A stretch of 64,000 nucleotides of DNA from Geosiphon pyriformis uo1 (GCA_016748015.1 JAAOMT010000682.1:41951-105950); one strand, 5' to 3'. Numbered from the stretch's first letter, positions 14,592-28,269 are shown. Numbers and translations: made by a program. The notes: generated by a model not told the origin, from the letters alone.

Positions 14592-17500
14592 ATATCATCT
14601 GTTGTAATAATTACAGTTTGTGCTGATCAATTCATATTTTGTTTGAGTTGTTGTATCAATTGATAAGTAATAATGTTTTTGGCAAATTTACTGTCTAAAA
14701 TTAATTGAATTGGCTTTTTTTTTTACTTTAGCTTCTGTGTATATAGCAGTGATAACTTTTTGTTTATTAGCTGCTGCATTGCTAAACAAGAATAGTAATT
14801 TGTTTGCTTCAAATTTGAAAGGAAAAATATCTGAAAAATTGGCATTTTGGACAATTCTGGCTGATGGAATTGTGTTGTTAAAAAAGTTTTGTCTTAATGC
14901 TACAACTTTATTTTCAGAAAGTGCAATTTGTTGAAAATCTTGTTTTTTGGCTATGATTAAGTAACTTGGTTGGGTATAATAATAATTAGGTTTTTGTTGA
15001 CCAGAATTTCGAAAAACCAACTGGTTGTTTGGATTGATTCTGTTATTGTTATTTTGAAAACAATTTTGAAATATTAATTGGTTTTGGTAAACCAATCTTT
15101 GAGCAGATATTTGGTATTGTTGGAAAGATGTTGTTTGATATTGTTAAGTCTGTGAAAGTTGTTAATATTGTTGTTGTAGAGCTGGTTAATAGAAATTATT
15201 CTGTTGCTAAGGTCTGAAAAAATAATAATCTGTTAATGGAAATTGGTAATAAGATTGCTAAGGTTGAGAATAATATTGATTATTTCTGTTTTGTTGGTCT
15301 TTTTGTATTTTTCTACAATTTCATTTTCAATATTCTGGAATTTCACAATAGTGACAGCTTTGAGTTTGATTATTTAGTATTAAAAAATTACTTGGGTTTT
15401 GTCATTGTAGGGGTTAATATCTTTGTAGTTGCTGTTGTTGTTGATTAATGAAATAGTTTTCAACCTTTTTTATAAGTTGGTCAATTTTCTCTTCAGCAGT
15501 TAAGCTGGTTTTTTTAATAGCAAAATTTACAAGTTTGATATGATTTGCTTCTTCTATTGCTATTTCATATTTTTTTGCATATTAAATAGCTGTAGCTAAG
15601 TCTTTTGGAGCATATGAGCAAACTTTCTTAATAAGTTTGTCTTTTAATCTTGCAATGAACTAATTCAAAATTTGGGCATTGGAATAGTAATTGTTGGTTT
15701 TCAATTGTCAGATTTGTTAAAAAAGTTTGTTGAATTTTCTAAGATAGGTCATGATAAATTTAGATAGTTCTTGCTTGATGTTTTGAAATTGGTTTTGGAG
15801 GGTAATAGAAGTGTTATTGTCAGTAAATTGTTCCAGGAAAGTAATTTTAAATGCTTGCCAATCTTTGAAAAGTTCAGCCAAGTTTTTGAACTATTTGCCT
15901 GCAGTTTTTTAAAAGAAATAAGAGATTGCTTTGAGCATTCTGGCAGCAGTCCATTTATTTGTATCTCCTGCTTTCTGAACTTTGTCAAGCCATTTTTGTG
16001 AGTTGGTGTTAACATCTTTTCTTGTAAATTTAGTGATTTTTACAATATATGTAGTTGCTATTTTTTCTTTATTTTTAGTTGTTTCTTTTTGTTTGGATTT
16101 GGTTTCTTTATTTTTTGGGTTTTTTGAATGATTACTTTGATTTTTTTTTAAGTAATCAAAAAGATTGGTGCTAGTTGATATTAGTTTCTGCTGTTAAATA
16201 AAACTTTTTGTTAAAGTGAAATCTTTTGGCTTCAAAAATCAAATAAGAAGTGAATTTAGTGTTTGTGATTGAGCAAGTAAAATTAGAAATAGTGTATTAG
16301 AAAGTCGTAATTTGATACTAGTTTTTTGTTTAGATGCTTATAGATGTTTATAGATGTTTAACAGATGTTTTTGGTGTATTGTGAGTTGTATGACTAACTT
16401 AAAATGCCTTCATTTGCCTTCTGTTGTTGTTATTTTTTGGTTTTAATTCAAAGTTAAGAGAATATTTGGACTGTACTGGGTATTTTTTTTCACAATATTA
16501 AATAATATTAAAATTAAGTTCTTGAAAGTAGGTGTCAAGTGTTTTACTGTTATGGTCTTTAGTTTTTAGATGTGAATAGTGCAATAGATTGTTGTAGAAA
16601 TTGCTTTTTACTTCTGAAATATTGTAGTTTCTAAAAAGATAATTATTGATGCAGTTTTTAATGTATTGATATAGTAATTTCTTGAAAATTTCAATTTCGT
16701 CTTAAATGTTGAATCTTTGCTTGCAGTAAGTGTAAATTGATTGATAATACTTTAGAGTTGTTGTATTTGCTAAAGTCACCACTTTGAATTTGTTGTTACT
16801 GTGTTTTTTCTGTGAAAGAGCACCAAATATTACCAGAGATTTTTGGTCTTTTTTTTTGAATGTTGTTAATATGTATTTGCTGTGAATTTACATTCTTAGA
16901 AAGTAGTTGAACCTTTGATAACTGAATTTATCTTCAAATTATCTTCTATAATTTGAATTGCTGGACTTATAAGTAAAATGGCCAATTTTGTGCCAGTTAC
17001 TTTATGTAGTTATATTGTAGTAAATGCCAACTTTTTTCTAGGAATTGCTTATTTGAAAGTTTACTAAAAATGTGTAGTTATTTTGCTGTAAAAGTCAACT
17101 TTTTTACAAGAATTTTGTCTGTAGACTACTTTAATAATTATAATAAAAAAAGTAAAGGAAAATAAAAAAAATGTAAAAAAAATGTAAAAAAAATGAAATG
17201 TTTGTCAAGGGAATCATTTTCTATTCAGGTTTGGAGTTATTAACAAATTATTAAAATTGGTAGTTAATCAATTTCAAAAACATTAGTTGGGTTTTTGGAA
17301 TTTTCAAGTGTAATAATTAAAGATTTGGGTTTTCAAATATTTTATTTTTATTTAGTTTATGTAAGAATATGTAAAGATAATTTGTTCTAATTAAGATATC
17401 TAAAGTAAGATAATAAGATACATTTTCTTAAAAAAAGAAGCTCTTCTTTTATATAACTTGTTGTGATACTAGTTTTTAAACTTGTACTTTTCTCTTTTCT

Positions 17501-17803
17501 CTAATTTTGGTAAACTAAAAATACATTTCAGTAAACTACAAGTTATTTTCACAAACTATTAATTATTTCGGCCAATTTCTGCTAATTTCGACGAATTTTT
17601 GAATATTAAATAATTCAGAGTATTGTGTAATTTAATTATTTTAATTTTTATGGTACAAATCGAGTTATTAATTGAATGATAATATTTGATAATTTGATTA
17701 AATAATAAGTAATAATGGAATTAATAATAATATATACTAATTATTAATAGAAATTATAAGAGTAATTTCATGCTAATTAATAGCTAAAATTCTACTGATA
17801 ATA
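14592..17803 (-). mobile_element. 5' part of Ty3/gypsy element C (LTR-PBS-gag-protease), same family as F/G, truncated by insertion of B
   Basis: Gag IQWLDKVQKAG-like capsid, ANFSDIFPFKFEA, protease ending at AQTVIITTDD; LTR 16828-17803; PBS TGGTGCTCTTTC at 16808-16825. Confidence 0.88.
16828..17803 (-). repeat. 5' LTR of element C
   Basis: Homologous along its length to the LTRs at 27041-28003, 46808-47788 and 55860-56798; decayed TG..CA ends. Confidence 0.87.
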
Positions 17804-18862
17804 TTACATTCAAGAAAAATTGAGTATCTAATTGTGCTTTGGCCAAGTTAAACTTAGATAATCTTTTTATTGATAAAAATATATCTTAATACCAATAAAA
17901 TTCATTTTTTCTAACTACTACAATTGATAAGTCACTAATAAACAAAAAAGTTTTCTTAACACTTTGGTTGATAGAAATGGCAACTGTTTTCTCAACATTT
18001 ATAAAAATGTCATTAATTGTAAAGAATTCACTGGTTCTATCCAAAATGTACTGTATAATTGTTTAATTATTGTAAATCCAAATTGTATTATTTATAAAAG
18101 TTCTAACAACAAGGTAAGTAACTATTTTGGCTTAAGTTTTTATTTTGCCAGTTTTTGTTACATACTTTGAATTAACTCTGTATTTATATAAATGGTCATA
18201 TCTTTTAATTTCACACAAAAAAAAGTCATAAAAAATCCTTCAAAAAAGTAGTGAAAAGACTTTATCTTAATCAAATCTATCTTGTATCTTATAACTATTT
18301 GAAAAGCCAAAGTCTGTTATTATTTTGTTGGTTCAGTTCAAGTAAATGTTTTCAAAAACTTAATAAATCTATTGCACATTTTAATATGTTTTAAACTAAT
18401 TTTCAAATGATGTTATTTAATCAAATTATATGTTTTATACATATCTTAAAAAACTAGCCAAAACTTATAATCTTTTTTTAAAGCATTTTTTATTAATAAA
18501 CTAATAGCAAAAATAAGAAATTGAGTTATAATATTCTTTAAAACTAAAAAATTGTTATCTTAGAGAATGTTAAATTCACTATAAGTTGATAAAATACAAT
18601 TTGATAAAATTTTAGACAAAATTTTTCTTGCTATTTTGATTAATACAATAGGCTATGTGTTTATAAGAATTCTATCCCATTTATATGACTTGAGGATTAT
18701 AAAGATCCAGACATTTTTTCAAATAACTAGAATATTACTATAAATTAAACAAAAGTTTAACAAATTTAAAAGACATCCTAATACTAAATTATCACAATAT
18801 TTCTAAAATTTATTTAATATTCCTAAAAGATTGGCAGCTTTGTTATCAGGCAAGTTTTTAAT
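17804..18862 (-). mobile_element. Heavily decayed LINE ORF2 (RT) fragment
   Basis: Minus-strand relics NLPDNKAANLLGILNK, RPIVLIK, colinear with the LINE RT at 32690-33800. Confidence 0.8.
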
Positions 18863-19191
18863 TAAGATTCCAATTGAACCAAATTGAACTGAACTTTGAA
18901 TGTTGTTTAAATTCAGTTTGAATTATAAACCAAATTTAAATTAAACCAATTTTTTAAAGTAAATTTAGTTTGAATTTAGCATTAAATTTTTTTAACAACT
19001 CTGAGTTTAATTCAAGTCTAGTTCAAAGTTTACAAACTTGTTTAAGTTTGATGGAATTAAAAAAATATATAACTTATACTACTTGTTTATCAATTATTAT
19101 TTTGTTTAATTATTATAATTAATTAAAAAAATATATAAAACTATGCATATATAATAACTCCATTTTTCAACTTACCAAAATAAATTCATTG

Positions 19192-20051
19192 TGTTATAGG
19201 TAATTATTTGGGTAGTTGAAGTAAATAACAAATTTGTAACTTGGTATTCAATTGATATAAAATAATAATAATCTGAAGGTTTTCACATTCTGAAGGTTTT
19301 GATTGAGTTTTTTGTATAATGGACAGAGATTTTCGTGTTATTTTATCTGTAGCTTCCCAGAATCACAATTCAGTCAATTTTTTTTCAGCTTAGTGGCCAG
19401 CAATTTTTTGGTAAGCAATTCATAATTTTTATGCATTTTACCCACTTATAAAGGTTTTTTACTAGACAATTTTTAACATCAATAACTCAGTGTTTAATCT
19501 TTAAAAAGTTTAGTAAACCACTAACAAGATACAAAAATAAAAAAAAGATAAAATAAAGACAATTTAGCCATGATCAAAAGCTATTGTTTCTGTGTAGTTT
19601 AAGTATCAATTATTATTAACATTTAGAGTTGATAGCAAGCAATTAGATTTGAAATGCTGAATAAGTATATTTATTGATATTTAAAATGATATGGTTTCTA
19701 ATTAGAAAACAATAACTAATAAATTTCTGTTTGGAAATTCTGTTTTTTTTGCTTCTAATGCTACTATTATATATACATATTTTCTAGTTTTATAGAATTG
19801 CTTTGGATCATCTGTTCTTACTAGCTATTGCTTTATTTTCTTATATTATAACTAATTATCTTATATTATAGCACGTTATCTGATGTTATTATATGTTATT
19901 CTGTGTTATTCTGTATTATAACACATTATTCTATGTTATAACATATTATCCAACATTATTGCACATTATTCTGTGTCTTTTCATGTTTTGTCATGTTTTT
20001 TTAGATCATGTTTTTTTTTTTTTTTGATAGGCTTTCTTTTTTTAAGTAACA
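19192..20051 (-). repeat. 3' LTR of element D
   Basis: TGTTA...GTAACA; direct repeat of 25970-26851; preceded on the minus strand by an A-rich PPT. Confidence 0.92.
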
Positions 20052-20457
20052 TTAATTTTTTTTTTAATATTGAGCTCCTGTAAAATTAGTTGTGTCTGTT
20101 AATAGAACTTCATTTGTGTAATGTTTAATGGTTATGTCAACTATGGTTTTTTGTAGATCTTTAAACTATTGATTAAGTCATTTGTTCTATGTTGTTGACT
20201 GTTATCTTTTTCAAAAATCCATCCAATAATATGTTTGAACAATGTTGGAAAGCAATATATAATCGACATGCTGCTTTGTAGTGTAGTGTTAGATTGCTCT
20301 TTTTTACAAATTTTTCTACTTGTTACATTGCTTCTTTGTTGAAAGTTTTCTGGTTGTAGCCTTTATATGGGGTTTTTAAGTTTAATTGTTCTCCAATTTT
20401 GTAAAACCAATATGTTGAAAGGAGTCTTTCTTTCCACTTCTGGGCATTGTTTAGTGT
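20052..20457 (-). pseudogene. 3' half of ORF3 (element D)
   Basis: KWKERLLSTYWFYKIGEQLNLK...YKAACRLYIAFQHCSNILLDG; close to A's ORF3. Confidence 0.8.
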
Positions 20458-23400
20458 TTACTTATACTTGATATTTTTGGTTTGAAGCTGGTAAAATAGT
20501 TGAGCAAGTTTGGAAAAGTTTTTAATAAAATGGCAGTAGTAACTTGCAAATCTCAAGAATGCCCATAGTTTAATCAAGTTGATTGGTACTGGAAATTTCT
20601 TTACTATCTCAATCTTATCTGGATCTGTTTTGATGCCATCTTTGCTTATGACATGTTTCAAGAATTTTAATTCTGTTTTGCTAAAGAAGCATTTGTTTGT
20701 ATTCAATTTTAATCCTGTACATTTGAGTTTTTTGAAAACTTGTTGGAGATGATAAAAATGATTATCAAATGTTTTTAAAAACACATTGGTGTTATCCAAA
20801 TATACGACTACTGATTTTCATAGTAATCCAATGTAAACAATTTTCATTAATCATTGGAATATGGCTGGAGCATTTATTAAGCCAAATGGCATTACTTCAA
20901 ATTCAAAATTTCTCTTTTTTTTTGTGAATGCAGTCTTTTTTTTGTTGGCTAAATTTATGGCTACTTGCTAGTAACCACTATCTAAATCCAATGTTGAAAA
21001 CCATTTCTTTCCACTGAAAGCATCAAATAATTTTTGGATCTGTGAAATCAGATAACTGTCTCCATGAATAACTCTATTGAGTTTTCTATAATCCACACAA
21101 AAGCGAATTTTTCTGTTCTTCTTATGGACTAGTACTATTGGCAATGACCATAGACTCATGGATGGTTGAATTAATCTGTTGTCTAGCATTTGATTGATTT
21201 CTTGTCAGATGATTTCATGGCTGGCTGGTGGTATTCTGTATGCTTTTTGTTTAATTGGTATGACATTTCCAGTCTTAATCCAATGTTGAATAATGTTAGT
21301 TTTGCCAAACTTATTTTCACTCACAAAAATATCAGTGAAATTGTTAAGTAGCATTTTGATTTGTATATGTTGTAGTGAGTCTAAGTTTCCCAAGTTTATT
21401 TGTTTCAATTGTTCTGATTGGAGCAAATAACATTTATTTCATCCATATATAGCTTGTAATGTGATGTTCACATATTTACATAGTTGTGAGAAATCTGAAA
21501 TGTGGTTTGGTAATTGGTCCTCAACTTTAGTGGTTAAATATTCAATGATAGTTTCTTTTGGTATTTTGACAATGTCTCCAGTCATGTTGTAAATGGAGAT
21601 TTTAATATGATAATAGTTCTTGGCTGGTATATAGAGATTAGTAAGTCCAATCTCTTCTGACTCACAAATAGTTGGCTCTGCTTCAAAAATCTGGGCTTGA
21701 TCCTTTACTTTCTTTTCTATCATTAACATATACTAATCATATGATAGAATAGAAATTGGTTGACAGATGGAAATAATTTTTCTCTTGTCAACAACTTTTT
21801 CTTCTGTCATATTGACTGGTATGTCTATTCTATTCGTGAATTCAAATCCATTTATCCCTCTTGCTGTAATCCCTAATTTTTCCCTATTTTCTACTAAAAC
21901 TAACTGAACTACTTTAACCAAAGACAGAAATATTGCCTGTGCTATCTTTTTATTTGGTTCTATGATGTAGGTTTTTTCTGAGTTATTTTGTAACATTGCA
22001 ATAATATTTTTTACATATTCTGTATCAATTATTCCTCCTTGTATATTAATTTTCTTTTTTACTAAACTATTCTTAGATGCTAGTTAAACCATAGTAGTTG
22101 CTAAAATTTCCAGTGCTATTTTGAGATTAATACAGGTGTGCAAATGTGGTTCCAATTTGATGGCTTCTTTTCCTAAGTATTTCAAATCAAATTTTGTATC
22201 AGTATTATGTGCACATTCTGGCATAATATCTTTATTATTATCACTAAACTATTTAAGTTTCTGCTCCTTAAAAAGATTCAGAAGTATAATGTATTGTTTG
22301 GAATTTAAATTGGAGTTTGAATTGTTATTATTTTGGTTGTTATATTGGACAAAGCTGGAACCATTGTTATTATCATCATTGTTGTTGAAGTTTAAATTGG
22401 GATTAAACATTGATTCCAATTCAGATATACAGCTGTTAATTGGTTCTTTCTCTTCTAAAATTGTGTAGATCATGCATGATGGTAGATTGTAAATGAGGTC
22501 ACACTTATTACAATATTGAAAGTTACAGAGAATTAGACAATGTTGACACAGTTGAGTGTTCAACTGCTCTAAATGTTGTTCTTGTTCTTTCTTGGTATGT
22601 GTTAATTCTTGGTAATTTTTGTGAAATTGTTCTGGATCTATAGAGTCTAAGACAATATCTGAATTTGGGCCCCAATCAAGTTTTATAGGTTCTGGTAGAT
22701 TGTTTTTGATTGTTTTTATTTCTTTTGGTAATGCTTCTTTGATTTTGGTGAAGACCATATGCCAAATTTTATTATTGTTATGTGGACAACTGTCCAGATA
22801 TTTGACTGCTTGTTATCAAATGACTTCTATGGAAGTTTTTTTTCTTACCCAGTTACTAATTAGAATCATGTATTAGCACAATTTGTCACAAGTTTTTCCT
22901 CATCTAGAGATGTTATTTCATATTTTTTTATCTAACAGAGTCTCTTTACAAGTCATGCATAGCTCATTGTCTTATTTTTTTTGTTTTTTTGGTTATCCAA
23001 ACTGTTTGAAGATGCAGAAATGACAATAGAACTTTGTTGCCATTGGCCATTCCTTATTGTTGCTACAGCATGTGCCCATTGATGACAATTTCTTACCACA
23101 GTCGACACATACTAGCTTTGGTTGACAGTAGTTTGGCTGGTTTTGTGTGGTGGTGATGTATGGAGTATGAGTGAAGGTACTTGCTTGTGGTGAGTCATTT
23201 TCTATTTCTTTTTCTTTTTTTGTTGTTGTTTCAAGAAGGTATGGGCAGCAATTTATTGTGGTTTTTATTAGCCCACAAGACTTGGTAGGCTTCTCAAGTA
23301 GGTTTTTTCATTTCCTCTTTAAATTCAATTAGTGGTTGTGTGATGATTGGCTTGAAGTGTCCACAGATTGCTGATACTCATGTGTGATAATCATGTTGGC

Positions 23401-25950
23401 TAAGCTAGAGCTCCTACATAATCCAGTCGAGCATTGCATTGGTTTTAGACAACCAGTTATTACTAATGAGAGCTTGGTACTAAATGGCTTTCATGACTAA
23501 AACCTTGATTGGTACAATAATACTATTAACTTCAATAGAAAATTGTTAATTTTGTCAATTGAAGTTTTGGTAGCTCTATTAGCAGTAATAATTTTGGTAC
23601 TGGCAGCATGATCAACTTGGCAACCTAATTGGTCTATGAGTTGTCATGTGATGATGCTGCCTGCTGTACTATTGTCTAGATCAGCTTGATGGCCTGCCCA
23701 TTAATCTTGGCATTAGTGTATATGGCAGTAATAAGTTTTGTATTAAGGGCAGTTTTATTAAAAAAAGGGGTTTTAGTTGGTTTCTTAATTTTGAAGGAAA
23801 AAATGGCTGCTAACAATTTGTTGTTGGTAATGGTAGCTGAAGATATGTTGTTGTTAATCATTTGCTTCAAGAAGATTTCCAGATTGTTGGTTAAGGTGTT
23901 TTCTGAAGTAACCAAGAAACTCAGATAGTTCTGAAAACTCAGATTTTGGTTGTACCTATTTTCCAAATTTCTGGAACATAATTCTAAAGTGTGTTTGGAT
24001 AAACTGGAGATTGGTTGATAAAAAACTATTGTTAATCTCCAGTTTTGCTAAACAATTCTCAGTCTTTGGTTTTTGGGTAATGTTTGGGTTGAATTTTGTG
24101 ATGGAATTTGAATTTGTTGAGGTTGATATATCACTTGTGGCTGCAGTTGGTAGATAACTGGTGCTAGGGTTTGATACATTGGGGTTTAGTAAATTGGTTG
24201 CTGTACTACTTGAATGTAATGTAGTTAATAATAATCTTGATTTGGATAGTGGTTTGAAGTTTGAAATCTGTGATTGGGGTTTTAATATTAATTTTCTGAC
24301 TGTGGTTGATTGTAATATGCCCTGTAGTTAGCTCTAAGATAATTTTGTTTACCATAATTGTAAAAAATACATGTCTTCTGTTGCCATAGTTAATTGACTG
24401 ATAATGGTAGACATGTCTGATTTTAAGACTAACTAGAGTTTTCTGAGTTGTTGTAATGTTGTGAAGGTTGATAAATAAACTGATTGTTATTAGCTAAGTA
24501 CCCTTCAATTTTCTGATTAATGAAATCACTGAATTGTTTCAGCTTAGAATCCCATTTAGATGACTCATTTATTACTAGATTTACAGCTTGGACATAATTG
24601 GTTTTAAGTTCAGCAGCTTCAAAATCTCTGACATTTGTGACTACAGCTTGGAAATCTGTCAGGTGTAGTGGACATACATGTTGGAGTATGCTACTGTACA
24701 GGCCATGAATAAATTGGTTCAAGATTTGTGGTACTGTAAAATAATCAGCTTGTATTGTCTAAATTTGGCATAGGTTTCTATAAAAGTGTTCCAAGTAAGT
24801 AGTAACTGCTTTGGCATTTCTTTGTTTAATAGTGGTAAAGGTATTGGCCAAGCAATTGATGCTGTTATTGTTGCTAAAATATCTTAGAAACTTAAGCTTA
24901 AATGTGTTAAAATCTTGGGCTTTGTTTACTAAGCTTTAGTATCATGAATTGGCAGTATTCTGAAAAAAATATAGAATGGCTTGTAGGGCTCTGTCATTAT
25001 TTCATCTATTGGCTGTGATGGTTTTTTCTACATCATTTAGCCACACTTGTACATTATCTTTCTCACCAGTAAATTTTTCTATTTTTGCAATTGGAGCATA
25101 GGCCATAGATGCAAAGGGTTGCTGCTGTAATGGCAATTGTTAAAGTAGTTGTTGTGGTTGCTGCTAAGGTTGTATGGGTTGTTGTAGTGGTTTGGCAATT
25201 GAGTCAATGGATGGTTGATTAATTAATTAATATTATCAGGTTTGGGATTGTTCTAAGTTTGAATATTCAGAGTTTTAATTTCTGGGTTTTCTACAATTGA
25301 GTTTTAATAGTTGAATTTTTGATTCTTGTCTTCCTTTTCTTCTGATTCAGTTACTTTTCAAGGATTAGCTATTCCAAAATCTGGTTGGAGTAATGGTAAT
25401 TGAAATCCTGATGGCATAGTTAATTACAATTTAAATTTTTCAAAGTATTTGCCATACATATCTAATAAGTCAGCTTTTAATTGTTTGCTTTGAAATAAGA
25501 TTCAAGCTAGTGGTGTTTTCATGAATGATAATATGAATCCTGATGATATATTAATGATACTTTCTGAGATGTGGTAATAGGATGGATGTGTTGATGAATT
25601 GACTCTTTGTTTCTTCCAAGTGAGTACTTGTATTTCTTTAAGTATTATTGGTGGTGTTTGCAATCTTCCTTTGTCTTTGTTTGTGTAGATGATTAGGTAT
25701 CTTTGTTGAGTGTGGATTTCAATTTCTTTATTGATTTCCATGAGGATTGCTAAAAAATTATGATTTATTGGTAGGCTGGTATTTTGAATTAATTCATTGT
25801 AAAAATTTTTTCTAGCTGAGTCAGTTTCTATTAGTACTTCCAGCAAATATGAAATTCTCTTGTTGACATAAAAGTTGAAGGCTGATTTTGCTAATAGGTA
25901 ATTGTTAGTTAATCCCAAGTATTAATAGTAGTGTTGAAATAAGAATTATA
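20458..25950 (-). pseudogene. Element D gag-protease-Cys-rich-dUTPase-RT
   Basis: MAYAPIAK, WLNDVEK, ILNQFIHGL (gag); IKLIxDNSTAG (PR); CVDC, CQHC..CNKC; dUTPase ~21830-22230 (HNTDTKFDL, GGIIDTEY, KIAQAIF, RGINGF); RT YLDNT. Confidence 0.9.
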
Positions 25951-25969
25951 CCTTACAGGGAGTACCAAA

Positions 25970-26851
25970 TGTTACAAGTAATTATTTGAATAGTTGCAGT
26001 AAATAACAAATCTGTAACTTGGTGTTCAATTGATATAAAATGATAGTAATCTAAAGGTTTTTGTGTTCTGAAAATTTTGATTGAGTCCTTTGTATAATAA
26101 ACAAAGATTCTCATGTTATTTTATTTGTAGCTTCCCAGAATTGCAATTCCATTAATTTTTTTCTCAGCTTGGTGGCCAGCAATTCTTTGGTAAGCAATCT
26201 ATAATTTTTACGTGTTTTATCCACTCACAGGGGTTTTTTGCCAGACAATTTTTGATGTTAATAACTCAGTACTTAATCCTTAAAAAGTTTAATAAACCAT
26301 CAACAAGATACAAAAATAAAAAAAAGATAAAATAAAAACAATTAAGCCAAGGCAATACAAGTTAGTATCCTGTCAATAGTCATAATCAAGAACTATTGTT
26401 TCTGTGTAGTTTAAGTATTAATTACTATCAACATTTAGAGTTGATAGTGAGTAATTAGATTTGAAATACTGAATAAGTATATTTATTGATATTTGGAATG
26501 ATATGGTTTCTAACTAAGAAATAATAACTAATAAATTTCTGTTTTTTTGCTTCTAATGCTACTGCTATATATACATATTTTCTAGTTTTACAGAATTGCT
26601 TTAAATCATCTGTTCTTGCTAACTATTACTTTATTTTCTTACATTATAACTAATTATCTTATGTTATAGCATGTTATCTGATGTTATTATATGTTATTCT
26701 GTGTTATTTTGTGTTATAACACATTATTTTATATTATAATGCATTATCCAATGTTATTGTGCATTATTCTGTGTCTTTTTATGTTTTGTCATGTTTTTTT
26801 TGGTCACATTTTTTTTTTTTTTTTTGATAGGCTTTCTTTTTTCAAGTAATA
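25970..26851 (-). repeat. 5' LTR of element D
   Basis: Direct repeat of 19192-20051, adjacent to the PBS. Confidence 0.92.
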
Positions 26852-27040
26852 ATTGTTAGTATTATCTAATGTTACTGAAGATTTAAAATTCAAAATAATA
26901 GAATTTAATAACTCAAATAGTTTAAATATTAATATATTTAATAAATATAGTTTTTAGAGTAAAATATAGAACTATTTTGATAAGTTTGAGTAAATAAAAG
27001 AAAAAAAATAGCTAAATATATAGTTTCAAAATATGTACAT

Positions 27041-28003
27041 TGTTATCAGTAGAATTTTAGCTATTAATTAGCATGAAATTACCCTCATAATTTCTATTAA
27101 TTTGTATATATTATTATCATTTTTATTATTACTGATTATTTAATCAAATTATCAAATATCATTATTTAATTAATCTGATTTGTACTATAGAAATTAAGAT
27201 GATCAAATTACACAATACTTTGAACCATATAACATAGCCAAAATTCGCCGAAATTGATGAAAATTGGCCAAAATAATTAATAGTTCAGTAAAATAATTTG
27301 TAATTTATCAAAATGTATCTTTAGTTCACCAAAATTAAAGCAAAAAGAAAAGTACAAGTTCAATGACTAGTATTACAACAAGTTGTATAAAAAAAGAGCT
27401 TTTTTTTTTAAGAAAATTATCTTCTTATATCTTATCATAGTATCTTACTTTAGATATCTTAATTAAAACAAATCATTTTTTTACATATTTTAAATAAAAA
27501 TTAAAAAATTCGAAAACCAAATCCTTAAATATTATACTTGAAACTCACAAAAACTCAACTAACATTTTAAAATTGATTAGCTACCAATTTCAATAATCTT
27601 TTAGTAACTTCAGGTCTGGATAAAAAACATTTTTCTTAACAAAATTCTATTTCTTTTATATTTCTTTTATTTTTTTTACTTTTCTTATTATAATCATTAA
27701 AATAGTCTACAGATGAGATTTCTGTAGAAGAGTTGACTTTTACAACAAAGTAACTATACATTTTTAGTAAGTTTTCAGACAAGCAATTTCTGGGAAAGAG
27801 TTAACATTTACTACAACATAACTACACAAAGTAACTGACATAAAATTGGTCATTCTACTTATAAGTCCAGCAGTTCAAATTATAGGAGATAATTTGAAAG
27901 TAAATTTAGTTATTGGAAGTCCAACCATTTCTAAAAAATGTGAATTTACAACCAATAGACATTAACAACAGTAAAGAAAAGAGACCAAAAACTTTTAGTA
28001 ATA
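27041..28003 (+). mobile_element. Solo LTR of the C/F/G family, with non-matching flanks
   Basis: TGTTATCAG...TAGTAATA; closest to C's LTR; flanks ACAT vs TTGT. Confidence 0.86.
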
Positions 28004-28269
28004 TTGTACTGATGTTTTCTTTTGGCTATAAATAAACAGTAATAGAGAACTTTTATGAAGTAAAATAGAAATGATGCAGAGATAGAGCTAATAAAACCAG
28101 CTCGAAACTGATCATTAAAATATTACACACAAAATATCCTATTTACATTAAACAAGTCATACAGTATATCATCTACAGTGCTAATTACACATTTGGAATT
28201 TCAACCAACAAAATTTATGATATTAAAAAAACATCTAATAAAATAATAAGTGTTCTCAGATACAAATCT

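Larger units (their letters stand above)
19192..26851 (-). mobile_element. Ty3/gypsy element D, two LTRs plus TSD, internally deleted (no RNase H or integrase)
   Basis: LTRs 19192-20051 and 25970-26851; TSD ATTG (19188-19191 / 26852-26855); PBS TGGTACTCCC 25950-25967. Confidence 0.93.
18863..27040 (+). mobile_element. Possible hAT-like DNA transposon relic (18863-19191 + 26856-27040), split by D and cut by the LTR at 27041
   Basis: Terminus TAAGATTCC followed by decayed (C)GAAC/GTTC(G) subterminal repeats; after rejoining, frame xSKIxNYFDK...AKxIVSKx resembles a BED zinc-finger start. Confidence 0.4.
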
